A DNA stretch of 64,000 nucleotides from an uncultured Bifidobacteriaceae bacterium (GTDB taxonomy: Bacteria; Bacteroidota; Bacteroidia; Chitinophagales; UBA10324): contig CAZXFT010000012.1 of assembly GCA_964640655.1 (NCBI GenBank), forward strand, positions 32,191 through 96,190, in the 5' to 3' direction. Below, piece after piece: positions 39,508 to 49,101 of the stretch (position 1 is its first letter; the number at the start of each line of letters is the position of its first letter). The notes beneath the pieces are model-generated. The model was not told the origin of the DNA. It saw nothing but the letters and a program-made list of their open reading frames with translations, and did no database searches. The position numbers were made by a program, and so were the translations under genes.

Positions 39508-39963
39508 TTATTTAGTGTGGTCTTCTAGTTCCTGAATTAATGATTTCAGTGAATCGATAAATGCATTTTTTGTTTCAGGATTTTCGGCAACTGATTTGAG
39601 TAACTTGTTGGTCTTCAATTGCTTGATGATGTTTTGATATTGATCCTGTTGCAATTGTTGGTCTTTTAAAAATTTACTGTTTTCAGTTATATTCTTTGCA
39701 TTGAAGTCACCAAGATTTTTGAATTTTAAATTCTCCTGAACCGAACTTCCATCAGCAGTTTCAAAGTCAATATCAACAGACGGTTTAAAATGATCAAACA
39801 CTTCATCTACTGTTTTCAAATCATAAACAGCTTCAGGTTTTATTGGTGCGTCAGCAGTTAATTTCTGAATGAACATGGTTCTGTTCATCGGGATGTCGGA
39901 AATAGCTTCGGAGGTATCTTTTTTTACCTCATTGCCACCTACACCAAAGTTGTACATACTCAT
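39508..39963 (-). CDS. tssB: T6SS-iii sheath small subunit TssB
   Basis: YNFGVGGNEV..D.SEAI.DIP.NRT....LT, F.HFKP.V...F, QLK.NK.L. Confidence 0.92.
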   Translation of the reverse strand: MSMYNFGVGGNEVKKDTSEAISDIPMNRTMFIQKLTADAPIKPEAVYDLKTVDEVFDHFKPSVDIDFETADGSSVQENLKFKNLGDFNAKNITENSKFLKDQQLQQDQYQNIIKQLKTNKLLKSVAENPETKNAFIDSLKSLIQELEDHTK

Positions 39964-39989
39964 AGGTTTTTCAATTTTTTAATTTAAGT

Positions 39990-39997
39990 CAAATGTA
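39990..39997 (-). promoter_or_regulatory. Internal -7 element TACATTTG upstream of tssB
   Basis: Exact TAnnTTTG in the tssH-tssB gap, 26 nt before the ATG. Confidence 0.65.
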
Positions 39998-40038
39998 ACG
40001 GTATAGAAGTTATTAAACAATACCCCTAAAAGGTTATT

Positions 40039-42525
40039 TTATTTAACAGTCCAGGTAATTTCTCCATTGTCACCCCCCACATCAATGGTATTGCCTTTTG
40101 CCACTTTTCCACCTATTAACATCTTTGATATTGGTCGTCGCAATTGGTTTCTGATGACTCCTGTTAATGGTCGTGCACCATAACGTGGCGTAAATCCCAT
40201 CATTGCCAGCGCCTTCCTAGCATCCGCGGAGATGTTTAATGTAATTCCCATTTTGTCCAAAGTGGTTATTAAACTCTTCACATGTATGTCAAAAATTTTA
40301 ACCACATTCTTTTCGCTGATTGGGGCAAATGGAATAATCTCGGTGAGACGTGCAAGAAACTCAGGTCTGAAATGCTTAGCCATTATTTCCAAAAGATCAT
40401 TTGATTTTGGCAAAATGTCTTTGCTGAATTGTTCCACAATCCACTCCTGACCTATGTTTGAGGTAAAAATGATTATGGCGTTAGAAAAATCGCCTTCTTT
40501 ACCAAGTCGGTCATGCATATGTCCCTCATCCAGTATCTGAAGGAAAATGTCGAATACAGAAGCATGTGCTTTTTCAATTTCATCAAATAATACAACAGCA
40601 TATGGCTGCTCTCTGATTTTGTTGACAAGCATACCTCCTTCTTCATAGCCAACATAGCCGGGAGGAGCACCATATAACAAAGCAGCTGAGTGTTCTTCTT
40701 TAAACTCAGACATATCGAAACGTATCATGGCCTTTTCGTCGTTAAAGAGGAACTCAGCTAAAGATTTTGCAGCTTCTGTTTTACCGGTACCCGTTGGACC
40801 AAGGAAAAAGAATGAACCAATCGGTTGGCCGGCTTTATTTAATCCGCTTCGCGATTCGAGCACTGCATCAGCTAATGATTTCAAGGCATGATCCTGGCCT
40901 ACAACTCGCTTTTTCAGATAGTCGTCCATTGCCAACAGCTTCTCTTTTTCGGATGCCTGAATTTTTCCTAATGGAATTCCGGTTTTGTAAGAAATCACAG
41001 AGGCAATATCTGTTTTATCAATCGCATCTTTTTTAACCGCTGCTAATGCAATAAGCTTATCAATATTTTTCATAAGGTAATCATGAAATTGCGCAGCAAC
41101 TTCCATGGACTTTACATCGGTTTCATCATCAATTTGCCCAAATAAAACTGGGCTGATGGTATTCTTAAATGTCTTATACAACCATTGATATTCCTTGAAT
41201 TTTTCTGTATCACTTAATTCACTGTTTGATGCCAATGTTTCAACCTGTTGCTTCACTTCTTTTAAATCTTTATCAGATGTTTCGTCCATCATCTTCATGG
41301 CTGCCATAGTACGGTCTAACAAATCGATTGCAGCATCAGGTAAGCGGCGGTCTTTGATGTAGCGTTTAGCCAGTTTAACACACTCCGGTAAAGCATCAGC
41401 ATTTACTTTCAGGTTGTGATGTTTTTCATATGCAGGAAGAACTTTTGCCAGCATTTTAATAGTGGTGTCCATATCAGGTTCTTCAACACGTACTAATTCG
41501 AAGCGGCGGTTGAAGGCCTGTTCAGGTTCAATGATTTTTCTGTATTCATCATTTGTGGTTGCTCCAATTACTGTTATTTCACCACGCGCAAGTTCAGGCT
41601 TTAGCAAGTTAGCAGCTCCCCCACCCGCAGGACCTTTAGGATCGAGCAGCGTATGAACTTCGTCGATAAAAAGAATTGCTTTTTCAAATTGCTTGATCTC
41701 TTTAATGATATTCTTCAAGCGATCTTCTACTTCACCTTTATATGATGCACCGGCAATCAAGGCTCCCATATCCAATTCAAGAATAACTGCATTCTGAAGA
41801 TTAGTAGGAACTTTTTGTTCAATAATTGCCAATGCAAAACCATCTACCAGCGCCGTTTTACCGACACCAGGTTCACCGGTGAGTATGACGTTTGGTTTAC
41901 TGCGACGGCCTAATATTTCAATCATCATTTTTACCTCTCTGTCGCGACCAATTATTGGATCTAACTTACCTTCTTTAGCAATAGATGTTTTGTCCACGCA
42001 ATATTTGAAGAGAGCACCCTGTGATGCAGAAGCAGCCGGTTTTCCATTTGATGAAGTATCGGCTGAAGCACCGGTTACTGCATTTTGAATGCTGACATCA
42101 TTCAAGTATAGTTCAAGTATTTCTTTTTCCTTAACAGGAAAAGATTTTAACTGATCATTTGAAAATGCAATGTTTGGCTTGCAAACAGCAGTAAAAACAC
42201 AAATAGGGTTAATCTCGTGTAATCCCAACTTGATACGTACATTGTCTGCTTCGTCGAAGATAGACATAACTGTATCATCACCTCCGGGTGTTTCAACGGT
42301 TTTAGATGTCTTAGGACTATCTTCCATTCTTATTTCAGCCCAGTCGGCAATATAGTTGGCATCCTTTCCAATAGACTCCAGGAATTGTTTGAGACCTATG
42401 TCGCGATGCATTAAAGCTCGCAATAAATGTGCTGCAGAGAATTTTTCGTTATGGTATTCTTTAGCAAATGATTGTGCTATTTCTATGGCATGCTTGACGT
42501 TCTCGTTGAGGTTTATGGTATTCAT
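40039..42525 (-). CDS. tssH: T6SS AAA+ ATPase TssH/ClpV
   Basis: Two AAA modules (GEPGVGKT, FIDEVH; GPTGTGKT, FDEIEKAH); directly upstream of tssB. Confidence 0.92.
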   Translation of the reverse strand: MNTINLNENVKHAIEIAQSFAKEYHNEKFSAAHLLRALMHRDIGLKQFLESIGKDANYIADWAEIRMEDSPKTSKTVETPGGDDTVMSIFDEADNVRIKLGLHEINPICVFTAVCKPNIAFSNDQLKSFPVKEKEILELYLNDVSIQNAVTGASADTSSNGKPAASASQGALFKYCVDKTSIAKEGKLDPIIGRDREVKMMIEILGRRSKPNVILTGEPGVGKTALVDGFALAIIEQKVPTNLQNAVILELDMGALIAGASYKGEVEDRLKNIIKEIKQFEKAILFIDEVHTLLDPKGPAGGGAANLLKPELARGEITVIGATTNDEYRKIIEPEQAFNRRFELVRVEEPDMDTTIKMLAKVLPAYEKHHNLKVNADALPECVKLAKRYIKDRRLPDAAIDLLDRTMAAMKMMDETSDKDLKEVKQQVETLASNSELSDTEKFKEYQWLYKTFKNTISPVLFGQIDDETDVKSMEVAAQFHDYLMKNIDKLIALAAVKKDAIDKTDIASVISYKTGIPLGKIQASEKEKLLAMDDYLKKRVVGQDHALKSLADAVLESRSGLNKAGQPIGSFFFLGPTGTGKTEAAKSLAEFLFNDEKAMIRFDMSEFKEEHSAALLYGAPPGYVGYEEGGMLVNKIREQPYAVVLFDEIEKAHASVFDIFLQILDEGHMHDRLGKEGDFSNAIIIFTSNIGQEWIVEQFSKDILPKSNDLLEIMAKHFRPEFLARLTEIIPFAPISEKNVVKIFDIHVKSLITTLDKMGITLNISADARKALAMMGFTPRYGARPLTGVIRNQLRRPISKMLIGGKVAKGNTIDVGGDNGEITWTVK

Positions 42526-42537
42526 TGTTTAATTGAA

Positions 42538-44991
42538 TTATCGGTTATAAATTAAATCTCCGGGTGTTTTAGACAGCATTTTGTTAATGATATATGAAGA
42601 AACTAAAATGGATGTTAAGAAGATGACTACGACAGTTACATAAGTATATGTATCAAACAAGATGAAATAAGACACATCACTTTCAACCGTAAAGTTTTGT
42701 TTCAGAAGTGTGTCAATAGTTAATCCTGTTAGATAGGCTACAGTACTAGAAAGAATAATTCCTATAATGATAAAGAAAAGGATAATGGTAAAATAAATTT
42801 TCAGTGAATCGCGGTTACTTAGACCAATAGCCATAAAAGTTCCGATGTTCATTTTCACTTTGCTCAAATGAAGCTTTAAAAGATTGAATAAAAACAAACT
42901 AATTGTGATAGTACCAAACAAAATAACCAGGTAAGAAATGATTTGAGTGATTTTACTCAGGAAGTTAAAATTCTCTTTTTCCTTTACTTTGGCTAAATCC
43001 ACTTCAATAACATTGCGCGAGGTTTCATCCTTGTCGTTAAAGCGATTGAAAATAAAATCGGAGAAGCTACGTACTGAGTCAAGTTTAGAAAAGTAAATAC
43101 TTAAAAAGTCATACTTGTAATCTGATGTTGACGCTACGGCATCATCATAGTTATAAACCTGTTTAAATGCGGCATTTTTCAGCGGTGACTCAGATTCAAG
43201 TGTCGAACAAAATCTTTGACGCTCAACATCACTCGTAAATGGTTCCATCAAATTGATGGTAAGATCGAAGCCATCTTTGAAAGAAGCTACGTGTTTACCA
43301 GGATTAGCAATAATCTTAGGGTCATTAAATTCATATGCGGTTAACTTCTGAAAATAGTCGTTGAGTTGATTCTTAATTTCAAAAGCTGTTTTCTCATCGG
43401 TATATAAAACATATTGAACGTTTTTATTCTTGCGTGTTAGATCAAAAATATCGTCGATCTTATTGGTATATACAGGATAGAAGTATTCTGATACGGCAAT
43501 GTTGTTTTTTCCCGGTAATTCACGTACAATGGCGCGTACAGGTATGGGCACACGTAATTCTATTTCTCTGTGCGACGTGGTATCAACGATTGTGTTTCTG
43601 ATATAGATGTAGTCATCGTCTTCGGTGTATCCTAATTTTTTATAAAAAGATTCAGTTACGATTATGCTCAGATCTTCTTTAAAAAGGTTTTCGTTGTTAC
43701 CTCGTACAATGTTTTTTGGCCCAAGGATATAATCATTAATTAGACTTAAATCTTTGCCTATATCAAGCGTTCTGCATTTGGCATATTCTATATTATTTGA
43801 ATTATTATAGTTAACTCTAAGTGAAAATTCCTTGGTCGAAGAAATAGTAGAATAAGAGTAATTGTTCTTAAACTCATCATTATCCAAAGTGTTTTTAATT
43901 TGGTTAATCATTTCCTGACTTCCACGAGAAGCAGGAATACTGATTTGCAGCCAGTTAGTAAATGCGCTATCCAGTTTTTTGTGCAGATAATCCAGACAAC
44001 CATTTGCAAAACCCACCGCAAGAAAAGTAAAAAATAATATTCCACATAGCACAAGCAGGTTAGAAAAGTTCTTTCCTGCTATAGCTTTAGATTCTTTACT
44101 AAGAAATAATCGGAAGTAGTTCTTGTAATACGACTTTGAAATACGCTGATCTACTGTTTGATGAATCTGAGAATCAACATTAGTCTGATATAAAGCTTTA
44201 ATGCGGTTTCTGAATTGCGATAAGTCATTCTGATTTAAAGATTCCCACTGCGTGCGGTTAAAAATATTTTCCGGTAATACTTCACCAAAGCCCTTTGATT
44301 TATCTTTAGTTATTAATACAATTTCATCAGCGTGAGCTAGTGCCAGATTGATATCGTGCGACACTATGATGGAAGAAAGACTGCTGCTGAGGTTAGAACG
44401 AATCAACTTCATAAGTTCGTTGGCATTCGCCTCATCTAAATTTCCTGTTGGTTCATCACCTAATAACACGTGAGCTCCGGTATTTAATGCGCGCACAAAA
44501 GCTATCCGCTGACGCTGACCGCCGGAAAGGTTAACAGCAAGAGTAGTTTCGTTAACTTCTGATTCTGGTAAATTAACGCGCTTCATTAAATCCTTTGCAC
44601 CTGCCAACACATCAAGCTCTGATTTGGATTCTTTTATCATGCGAGAGAGACTGATGTTCTCGTACGCTGTGAAATTTTCCATCAGATTTGTATTCTGAAA
44701 GATGAAACTTAAATGCTTCTTTCTGACTTCGGAAAGTTGAGTAGCATTTGCCCAGAGTTTTTTGAATTCAAGTCTTTCTTTTTCATTAATAAAAGTTACT
44801 TCACCACCGGCTATGGTATTATTCATTAAGCCTATGGTCTCAAGCAAAGTACTCTTACCTGTGCCTGAAGCACCTAACAGAAAAGTGATACATCCGGCTT
44901 TGATGTCAAGATTATTAATGCTTAACACCTTATCGGCAGAAACACCATTATAGGAACAGTCTAACTGTCGTATCTCAAAAACATTACTCAT
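42538..44991 (-). CDS. Fused ABC ATPase-permease (MacB/LolCDE-like architecture)
   Basis: Walker A GASGTGKST, LSGGQRQR, LLGDEPTGNLD, VSHD; TM1, large periplasmic domain, 3 C-terminal TMs, tail TPGDLIY. Confidence 0.88.
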   Translation of the reverse strand: MSNVFEIRQLDCSYNGVSADKVLSINNLDIKAGCITFLLGASGTGKSTLLETIGLMNNTIAGGEVTFINEKERLEFKKLWANATQLSEVRKKHLSFIFQNTNLMENFTAYENISLSRMIKESKSELDVLAGAKDLMKRVNLPESEVNETTLAVNLSGGQRQRIAFVRALNTGAHVLLGDEPTGNLDEANANELMKLIRSNLSSSLSSIIVSHDINLALAHADEIVLITKDKSKGFGEVLPENIFNRTQWESLNQNDLSQFRNRIKALYQTNVDSQIHQTVDQRISKSYYKNYFRLFLSKESKAIAGKNFSNLLVLCGILFFTFLAVGFANGCLDYLHKKLDSAFTNWLQISIPASRGSQEMINQIKNTLDNDEFKNNYSYSTISSTKEFSLRVNYNNSNNIEYAKCRTLDIGKDLSLINDYILGPKNIVRGNNENLFKEDLSIIVTESFYKKLGYTEDDDYIYIRNTIVDTTSHREIELRVPIPVRAIVRELPGKNNIAVSEYFYPVYTNKIDDIFDLTRKNKNVQYVLYTDEKTAFEIKNQLNDYFQKLTAYEFNDPKIIANPGKHVASFKDGFDLTINLMEPFTSDVERQRFCSTLESESPLKNAAFKQVYNYDDAVASTSDYKYDFLSIYFSKLDSVRSFSDFIFNRFNDKDETSRNVIEVDLAKVKEKENFNFLSKITQIISYLVILFGTITISLFLFNLLKLHLSKVKMNIGTFMAIGLSNRDSLKIYFTIILFFIIIGIILSSTVAYLTGLTIDTLLKQNFTVESDVSYFILFDTYTYVTVVVIFLTSILVSSYIINKMLSKTPGDLIYNR

Positions 44992-44994
44992 GCT

Positions 44995-47448
44995 TTATGG
45001 GAATATATTGCTTGGCACCCAATAGAAGTAACCATCGAGTGCATCTTTTGCATTCGACTTGTCGTTTTTGATTTTTTCTAACTTGCCAGAGACCTCATAT
45101 AATAGGTTGGCAATAGTGTTAATGTTGTTGTCGTCAACTTTTTTAACATTGTTTAAATCATCAATAGAGTACTTCGTTAATAAATCATTCTTAACAGGTA
45201 ATCCGGTGATCATCGTTAAAACCTCTGAAGGTTTCTTCTTAAGTAAATCAGCTAAAAGTTTAGGATCGACGCTTCCTCCTTTATATGTTATTAAAGTTTG
45301 TTTAAATGCTTCAATAACTTCCTGTCTTTGTTGATCGGAATTACCACCGGATCCGAATCTTTGATAACTCTCCAGTATTTTATCTAATTCTGATCCTGTT
45401 AAAAGTAATGTATAGCTATATACGGGATAAGATAATTTCTTGGAGGACATTGTTGTATAACCCTGAACAAAAAATTGAAAATTTTCTGAAGCATATTTAT
45501 TAATTGTTGAGGGGTCAAGTTTATTGAAATCAACTGCATTCTTAAAAATTTTAGCTATGAGTGGATTGAAACCTGCTTTACCTGCTGTTTCAAAACCTTT
45601 AATAATGTTGATGACACCATCAACAGCCATTCTAATTGAACGGTCGGCATTAAGCACTAAAGAGTCGAGTGCTTTTTCAACTTCATCAGTTCTCATTGAA
45701 GAACCTTCAAGAGGGAAAAGCAAGTAATCATTCACAGGTCCATCATTAGGAACATTAATAGACCATATTGTGCCTGTATTATTGCGAGCACTGAATACGG
45801 GTTTTTTAAACTCTTTCTTTTGATTTACTAACTCTAGTGTTTTATTAATATCATCGTTCAGCATAGCAGATGAATTTTTGATGATGTTTCTTGCATCGGT
45901 AACAAATTGTTCAAATTCTGGTGCATAACCATTGTTGGCTTGAATGGCTGAGAATGTAACACCATACTGCGCCAGTTTTTCCTCGACTTTAGTTCTGCTG
46001 TATTGAATGTCTTCAGGGTCGTTGGACGCACTGCCTATGAGTATTAAAATATTCGACTCGTAACGTTCGGTGAATAATCGTGAACCATTCATGATTGCTT
46101 CAAAAACCGGCTGGTACGGACTTTTTTCAGTGCACTGATATTTTGCCGCTAACTCTTTTTTAATATTAAATAAAAATGAACTCACAGAAGAATTCAGTCC
46201 GCTGCTAGCAACAATATCTGCATTGCATGATTTATATGACTTATCACGATATACAACAAAGCCATACTTATATTGGTATTCGCTGGATATACCAATGTTA
46301 TCTAATGACTTTTGAATGGCTTTCAGGATATTCTCATTGTATGAGGCCATTTCTTCTGAACCGTCAATAACAAAAACAATGTTTACCTTTTTAGCCAAAG
46401 CCAAGATATCTGCTGTATTCTTATCAATTAATGGTCTGTCTGAATTGCCTATAATTTTTTGACCTGATTTACTAATGATATCAGTTGTGAAACCTGTAGT
46501 AATAATTCCTTCATTATCCTGGCTTATAACAGGTGAGCGAAAGTCATAAGATGTTAATTTTTTGTAAGTATCATCTTCTTTCCATAAGGGATCAGTTGGG
46601 TATGTACCGGATTGAAATTTTGATGCTTCGGACGAGGTTCCAACTATACATGCGTTTAATCCTTTTTGTTTACGGTCCTGAATAGCCTCAGCATTTTGAT
46701 TAGGTTCTATACAAATACAGTTTGCCCATTTTTTAATCAGTCCGCTAGAAATCCATCCCAGTATTTTCTCTTCGCAGTTGCGTCCGGTTATTGAATTGGT
46801 TTTGCATAACAAATAAGATGTGTCATTGTTGGATATATACATCTTGGATATAAAGATGTACTGAAACAGCCGGAGTGATTTATCCTGAATCACCTGAGTT
46901 CGAACTGGATCATAGTATAGTTTGATTTCACCATTATAAGAATTAATGTATCTGCCTAAGTCCTTTAAAACAGTTAAATCAGATACAACGGTCAGTGCTT
47001 TTAAATAAACAAATGTATTGGTAGCAACAAGGCTTGAACTCCAAAGAAGTAAATCTTTCTTCTTTACCCAGCCAATAGAAACACCTTCGGATCCTGTTTT
47101 CCATTTACTATCAATTGGAACACCCGGATTGTATTCCATTAAATTTAAATAATCACCTTTTTCGCCTATAACCCAGGCTGGTGTCATGAATTTTAATTTG
47201 CGAACCACAGTGGAACTATTTGGATTATCAAATGCTTGAACATCGTTTCGAGTTGTATACACTGTCCAAATCGTATTGTCTTTTTCAGCATTTGTGTGAT
47301 CAGTTATTTCTGTGCCATCGGGGAATTTGTATGCATCGGGGGTTCTGAATACCATTGTTCCTTTAGGCACACTCTTGTTTTGTGCCCATATTGTGGTATT
47401 GATAAATAAAAGTAAAATGCCGGCTTTAATCCAGTACTTGAATGTCAT
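44995..47448 (-). CDS. tssR: T6SS-iii TssR (VWA-domain membrane-complex protein)
   Basis: Signal peptide from ATG 47448; W.VY..R, GWV.K..LLLW, LGWIS...I..W, VNIVFVIDGS (VWA), C-terminal FYWVP...FP. Confidence 0.82.
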   Translation of the reverse strand: MTFKYWIKAGILLLFINTTIWAQNKSVPKGTMVFRTPDAYKFPDGTEITDHTNAEKDNTIWTVYTTRNDVQAFDNPNSSTVVRKLKFMTPAWVIGEKGDYLNLMEYNPGVPIDSKWKTGSEGVSIGWVKKKDLLLWSSSLVATNTFVYLKALTVVSDLTVLKDLGRYINSYNGEIKLYYDPVRTQVIQDKSLRLFQYIFISKMYISNNDTSYLLCKTNSITGRNCEEKILGWISSGLIKKWANCICIEPNQNAEAIQDRKQKGLNACIVGTSSEASKFQSGTYPTDPLWKEDDTYKKLTSYDFRSPVISQDNEGIITTGFTTDIISKSGQKIIGNSDRPLIDKNTADILALAKKVNIVFVIDGSEEMASYNENILKAIQKSLDNIGISSEYQYKYGFVVYRDKSYKSCNADIVASSGLNSSVSSFLFNIKKELAAKYQCTEKSPYQPVFEAIMNGSRLFTERYESNILILIGSASNDPEDIQYSRTKVEEKLAQYGVTFSAIQANNGYAPEFEQFVTDARNIIKNSSAMLNDDINKTLELVNQKKEFKKPVFSARNNTGTIWSINVPNDGPVNDYLLFPLEGSSMRTDEVEKALDSLVLNADRSIRMAVDGVINIIKGFETAGKAGFNPLIAKIFKNAVDFNKLDPSTINKYASENFQFFVQGYTTMSSKKLSYPVYSYTLLLTGSELDKILESYQRFGSGGNSDQQRQEVIEAFKQTLITYKGGSVDPKLLADLLKKKPSEVLTMITGLPVKNDLLTKYSIDDLNNVKKVDDNNINTIANLLYEVSGKLEKIKNDKSNAKDALDGYFYWVPSNIFP

Positions 47449-48103
47449 AGTTAATGTAGTTTTTCTCTTCTTTATTATTGTAGAATTGTAGTAATGATAT
47501 GAGTTCAGATTGCATTTTCTCTTTTGACATTTTTTGATTCTTATCTTCTTTATAAGAAACACGTATCACCACTTGAGTAAATCCGGGATTGCATCCAGTT
47601 AATGTCATTAATTCCATAGGAATGTATTTAAACATCCTCGAAATTTCATAGGGGTTTTTATTGATTGATTTATAAATATAGTCGGACTTGATGTAAAAGT
47701 AACATAACAGAGAGTCGGCAATCTTGATAGGTTCCTGATTGAGAATGTTCAGAATAAACTCGTTATCAAATTTGTAATATGGCGCTCCATATTCATTGTC
47801 AAGATTCAACTCATCTAAAATATCAAGACGCTTGTTAATCTTGGTGTAGTATAAAGGTTTGAGTTTATTGGGCTGATAATAAACAAAGTAATTCTCAGTT
47901 TTAGCAGCTAGTCTGTCTAATGTACTTGATATGTGAATTCGTACGTCGGTATTTAATCTAACTCCGGCTCTGATGTCGGCTTGTCCGTTATCAATATATA
48001 CCAGTGACATAGAGTTCTTCTGTGCGGTAAAAATGTTTTGTGCTCTGGATGAATAATGCATCAACAGACAAATTGAAACGACAAGGGATAGGCGGCGCAT
48101 CAT
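47426..48103 (-). CDS. tssQ: Probable T6SS-iii TssQ
   Basis: Signal peptide, about 225 aa, located between TssP and TssR; assigned mainly by synteny. Confidence 0.55.
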   Translation of the reverse strand: MMRRLSLVVSICLLMHYSSRAQNIFTAQKNSMSLVYIDNGQADIRAGVRLNTDVRIHISSTLDRLAAKTENYFVYYQPNKLKPLYYTKINKRLDILDELNLDNEYGAPYYKFDNEFILNILNQEPIKIADSLLCYFYIKSDYIYKSINKNPYEISRMFKYIPMELMTLTGCNPGFTQVVIRVSYKEDKNQKMSKEKMQSELISLLQFYNNKEEKNYINYDIQVLD

Positions 48104-48105
48104 TA

Positions 48106-49086
48106 TTATTTATATTTATAAGTGATGGTAGCGGATAATATTTTACCTGTTTTTTTATCGGTAGTCATTTCAACTAAGGTTATTTGCAACTGACCTGCGT
48201 TGGCTTTACACTCATTAATGAACGAAGCAAGTTTCTTTGTTTCAGTTTTACCATCTCTAATCAGCTTCACTTCAGTGTTTTGATTATCCTTAAAATTATC
48301 TGCAATCCACTCTCGATTATTATTGTAATTTAAGGAGCCATTATCAGCAATTTCGTTCAATCTGTTTTTTAGCTCTATGGTAGAAACATTTTTTGTGTTT
48401 GTAGGTGGTGGCGGTGGTGGTGGCGGTGGTGGTGAGTTTTGCTTTTGTACTTTATCTTTTGGTGCATCCTTGACTACTGGTTTAACTTCCTGTACAGGCT
48501 CAGGTTTTTTTATAACCACTGTTTTATAAACCGGATCGGAAACATCTGTACTGCATGATATCTGGAAGGTACCGGCCATCTTATATGTATAAGTTGCCTT
48601 TTGTTCACGTGCATCTATACGGCCACTGTAACCAAACTTCCAGTCAAATTTAGTAGCACCTTCTGAAACGCAGGTGAACTCCAATTTCTCTCCCACTTTA
48701 CCTTCTGCAGGACCCGAAATGGCAGCTGTTGGTTTGCTAACTGTTTCCTCAACCAATGACTCGACAACAACAGTGAAAGTATCCTTACATTCAATTTTGT
48801 TATTAATAATAAGACTAATGATATAGCGACCTGGGTTGTCGTATTTATACTTTCCCTCAGCAGTTTCAAAAGTTCCGCTGCCATCTCCCATATCCCATTT
48901 CCATTGTTTGGCTCCGGGTGTTTCATCTTTAAATGAAATTTCTCCACCGGCAATTACTTTTCTTTCGCTGATTGTAAAAATAGCTTTAGTGCAATCTTCA
49001 GCACCACTGAAAAAATATTTAAAGCCAATAATAAGCAGTGCTATGAAAACCACTGCCCCTACTACAAAAATTATCCTTTTATCCAT
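48106..49086 (-). CDS. tssP: T6SS-iii TssP (PKD domains)
   Basis: N-terminal TM helix, two PKD domains (WKWDMGDGS; WKFG.SG.ID...ATY.Y...G), poly-Pro linker. Confidence 0.85.
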   Translation of the reverse strand: MDKRIIFVVGAVVFIALLIIGFKYFFSGAEDCTKAIFTISERKVIAGGEISFKDETPGAKQWKWDMGDGSGTFETAEGKYKYDNPGRYIISLIINNKIECKDTFTVVVESLVEETVSKPTAAISGPAEGKVGEKLEFTCVSEGATKFDWKFGYSGRIDAREQKATYTYKMAGTFQISCSTDVSDPVYKTVVIKKPEPVQEVKPVVKDAPKDKVQKQNSPPPPPPPPPPTNTKNVSTIELKNRLNEIADNGSLNYNNNREWIADNFKDNQNTEVKLIRDGKTETKKLASFINECKANAGQLQITLVEMTTDKKTGKILSATITYKYK

Positions 49087-49101
49087 TCGTGTATGTGAGT
49101 T

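Noticed and set aside
40039..42525. Housekeeping ClpB/ClpC
   Set aside because: Its position directly before tssB-tssC inside the operon indicates TssH/ClpV.
47449..47562. N-terminal extension of the TssR ORF
   Set aside because: It overlaps tssQ; the signal peptide begins at ATG 47448.
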